In this document: one piece after another, positions 61,124 to 64,000 of the stretch
Position numbering within the stretch: the stretch's first letter is position 1
How the letters are laid out: each line of letters starts with the position of its first letter
NCBI GenBank assembly: GCA_025558095.1
Contig: JAIVFI010000003.1
Coordinates: 186,001 to 250,000 of the forward strand
From: Hyaloraphidium curvatum SAG 235-1
Lineage: Eukaryota; Fungi; Monoblepharomycota
Length of the DNA stretch: 64,000 nucleotides
Reading direction: 5' to 3'
Notes under the pieces: model-generated
What the model saw: the letters and a program-made list of their open reading frames with translations, nothing else
Database searches by the model: none
Told to the model about the DNA's origin: nothing
Made by a program: the position numbers and the translations under genes

Positions 61124-63264
61124 ATGTCGAAGCGTCATTGGATCATTTCCTACGGGCAGAAGAGCAGGGACGACTTTGCGGGCATCGCGAGCTCCTACTC
61201 GCACCATGACAACGGGTTACGGTTGGCACCAAAGAAACTCTCGATCGGCTCAACCATCCTGCCGGGCGACACCGTCTGGATCGTTCATGACGTCCAGCCT
61301 TTGCCGCCTCAGGATTGGCCCGTGGACGTTGATGCCCGGGGGCCCATCCGGCTGGACTTTCCGCTGTTGGCGGACGCGGTCCTCGTTGGCACGGTCGACC
61401 AAGTCGTCGCAGCCGGTGACGGGAATGGGCCCACTGGGCTTCTTGTAATTCAAGTTCAAGGCGCCTCAGACGATGTGCCGCTGCCGCTATTGCCGGAATT
61501 TGATGAACTTCGCGCCGTACTGGTGTCGGCCTGGAACGAAGGACAGCCAATCGCAATCCGAACGTAAGTGCCATAGTCGTCAGGACGCTACGCGCTAACG
61601 TGTATTGCAGTCCTCTAACACTACTCTTGGCCGCCCCTCGTCCTGGAGAACGTGTTGTTCGTGATATTGCGGCAGAATCAGACGTCGGCACCTTTCGGGA
61701 CCCACACTTTTGGAGGCAAACTCTTGGAAAGCAAGGGAACGTGTCCTACCACGGTCGTGGACTGAAAGATGCGGATATTGCAGCCCTGACTAGAGCTCTT
61801 GAAGGCAATACGTCCCTGGGGAAGATAAACTTGAGCGCCAACAAGTTTGGTGATGAGGGCGTACTCGCTTTAGCCTCATTGCTTCGGAGGAATGCAACAT
61901 TGGAGGATGTACGTCTTGCCAGCAACACCTTCTCGGAGGGAGCTGCAGAGGAGCTCGCAAAGGCATTGTTGGAGAACAGCTCTATTACGGAACTCGAAGT
62001 TCCAAGAGATCATCGCAGGTTGATCAGATCAGCCCTCCATGATAAGAGACGGATCCGTCGGGAAACTTCTTCGACAACATCTGGTTCAGACAGCAGCTCG
62101 ACTGAGTCTGACCATGGACAGCAAAACGACACAAAGGTCCCGCGTACTGCAAAGCAAAATTCTGCTCGACCACGCGCTGGCAATAAGCAGGGCAGTGCTT
62201 CGAAGAATCTGAGCGCCACGAGCGAGCAGTATTGGCGTGGCATTTTGGGCACTCAATCGGATTTGTCACTCCGTGATCGTCGCTTGCAGGATGATGAGGT
62301 GACAGCTCTTGCAAAAGCCTTGGAAACCAACAGTAGACTCCAGAGCTTGAATCTATGCGGGAATCTAATTGGTGATGATGGTGCGCGGGCTTTAGCAAAG
62401 GCATTGCGTTCCAACTCTACCTTAAGGAGTCTGCATTTGAAGGACAACCCGTTCGGTATAGATGGAGCCCGCGCATTGGCAGATGCTTTGAAGGATAATG
62501 GAGCGCTTTCGGTGCTTAACGGGCCCAAGGCACATCGCCAAATCTTCCTTGATGCAATTGGTGGTCCTAGAGGTATTGACCGTGGTGCTGCTGCTGCTAC
62601 TGAAAGTGAAGATTCGGAGCTGGCCTTTGATGATCCGGATAAGGATGCGCCGGAAAGTGAGGACTCGGACATTGCTATGGACGAGCCAGATGAGCTAGAG
62701 CAAGGACATGGAGGGTCGCAATCACAACACTCTTCTTCATCCTGGTCTAGTGGGGCTCAGCAGGTGCCTCTTGCTGTTGTTCCATTCAGGGAACACCTTG
62801 AGGTAACTGTGAAGGAGATTCATGAGGAGTACAAGACATATAAGCGTAGAGAGCGACGTTATCAGCTTGCCTACCGGAGCAAGACAAAGAGCACTTGGAA
62901 TGGCACGATCATTCGGGAGATTGGAGTTCTGACGTTTCCCAAACCAGAGTATGGAACAGTGCCTTTCGACAGAGCAGACTTTCTTGTGGACTTGGGAGCA
63001 TCGGATGCACTGCTTGTGGAGTTCAAAGTGGGCAAGGGGAAACTGAAGCCGAAGGACAAAGACGATTTCATTGGGCAATTGCGGGGATATCTAGATGACG
63101 CAACTAACTTTGGGTGTCTTGAGGCTGGTTTCTCTGGGAACAAGTGGCACGGTTTCGGCCCCGTCTTTCGACCCAGGTTCATTGGAGGCTTCATGGTGCG
63201 TTTTGATAACTCCCAATCGGCCCATGAGCCGGATGTTTATTGGGTTCCCTGGCCGGAGAAATAG
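61124..63264 (+). CDS. EVE/PUA-like(?) domain, two RNI-type LRR blocks, acidic linker and PD-(D/E)xK (GxxExxY-like) nuclease
   Basis: Exons 61124-61563 and 61611-63264 (GTAAGT..GCTAAC..CAG, in frame). LRRs NTSLGKINLSANKFGDEGVLALA and NSRLQSLNLCGNLIGDDGARALA; nuclease ERRYQLA..RADFLV..LLVEFK..QLRGYL..GFMVRF. Confidence 0.8.
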
Positions 63265-63318
63265 AGATCCGCGTGCTTGCCCACCCGTTCACCTGGTAAT
63301 GACGTGTTTGCTTGATCA

Positions 63319-64000
63319 CTAGGGGCTGGCGGGGCCAATCGCCTTCTCGTCCCCATCCTCCTCTTTGCCCTCGTCCTCTTGCTGCTGGAGCGGAGGTGCG
63401 CTCTCCTGCGGTTCGCAGTCCGCAGCACCGTCGCCAGCCTCCCGCTCCACGTCTTCCTCCCCATCCCCGTCCTCTTCCCCGCTTCCCTCCCCGTCCTCCT
63501 CCTCCTGCTCGTTCTCCGCGTCCACGTCCATCTTGATGGCCGCCATCTCCACGAGTCCCTCCAAGACCACACGCACGTCCACCGCCAACTCGTTCTCCTC
63601 CTCCGCCCTGCCCAGCCTCCCCGCGGTCCCAGATGACCCGAACGCGCGCTCCACCTCGCGCAAGTCCGAGATCAGCGCGGTGAACTGCGCCTCGTCCCCC
63701 ACCAGGTCGTCGAAGTACGTCCCCAGCCTGCCTTCAGAAGCCATCTCGACCGACCGCGCCATGCGCGACATGAGGGCGCGCAGGGGGAGCAGGTACGACA
63801 GGTACAGTCGCTCATCGTTCAGCACCGCCGAGACGCGGCGCTGGCGCAGGGAGGAGGCGACGGCGCGGAGGGCGAGCGCGTCGCCGGTGCCGGGCGGCGG
63901 GTCGGGGGCGGTTGCGGCTGCGGAGGGTCCGTTTGCCGGGAGCAGCGGGTTGCCGGGAGCGTCCGCAGGAGAGGGCGACGCGACGAGCGGGGATTTCGCG
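63319..64000 (-). CDS. 3' end of an uncharacterised protein with acidic tail (partial)
   Basis: GC3-rich helical ORF (LNDERLYLSYLLPLRALMSRMARS..) continuing past the window edge; stop at 63319. Confidence 0.6.
   Translation of the reverse strand, partial: AKSPLVASPSPADAPGNPLLPANGPSAAATAPDPPPGTGDALALRAVASSLRQRRVSAVLNDERLYLSYLLPLRALMSRMARSVEMASEGRLGTYFDDLVGDEAQFTALISDLREVERAFGSSGTAGRLGRAEEENELAVDVRVVLEGLVEMAAIKMDVDAENEQEEEDGEGSGEEDGDGEEDVEREAGDGAADCEPQESAPPLQQQEDEGKEEDGDEKAIGPASP

Overview
GC-rich eukaryotic DNA with short introns (mostly about 50-60 nt; GT/GC-AG, CTRAC/CTCAC branch sites). It is most consistent with an early-diverging fungus, though that is an inference. About 25 genes were reconstructed by manual splicing. 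The left 27 kb holds NDUFA6, a Pol X with a degenerate active site, two alpha/beta hydrolases, a GT32-LamG-GT2 fusion, SelO/FMP40, an Ato/GPR1 transporter, DGAT2, a metaxin/FAX-like GST, two PIP-box F-box paralogs, a Zn-finger protein, a pseudokinase and a secreted lectin. The centre (about 27.7-54.0 kb) is a palindrome of two roughly 11.8-kb arms around a 2.7-kb spacer. Each arm carries a copy of a giant (about 3,400 aa) secreted protein: six F-type-lectin-like repeats, Cys-rich repeats, beta-rich and amphipathic-helix regions, ricin-like and AbfB-like C-terminal domains, and many Kex2-type sites. The copies are nearly identical except for lectin repeats 1-4 and the acidic N-terminus. The right end has a broken tandem kinase, TatD, an Nrg1-like transcription factor, and a lower-GC 3-kb island. 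In that island a divergent non-centromeric histone H3 variant is head-to-head with an (EVE/PUA-like?)-LRR-LRR-acidic-PD-(D/E)xK nuclease gene. The H3-variant/nuclease pair and the variable-head lectin palindrome are the best candidates for undescribed systems. All domain calls come from motif recognition by eye, not from database searches.
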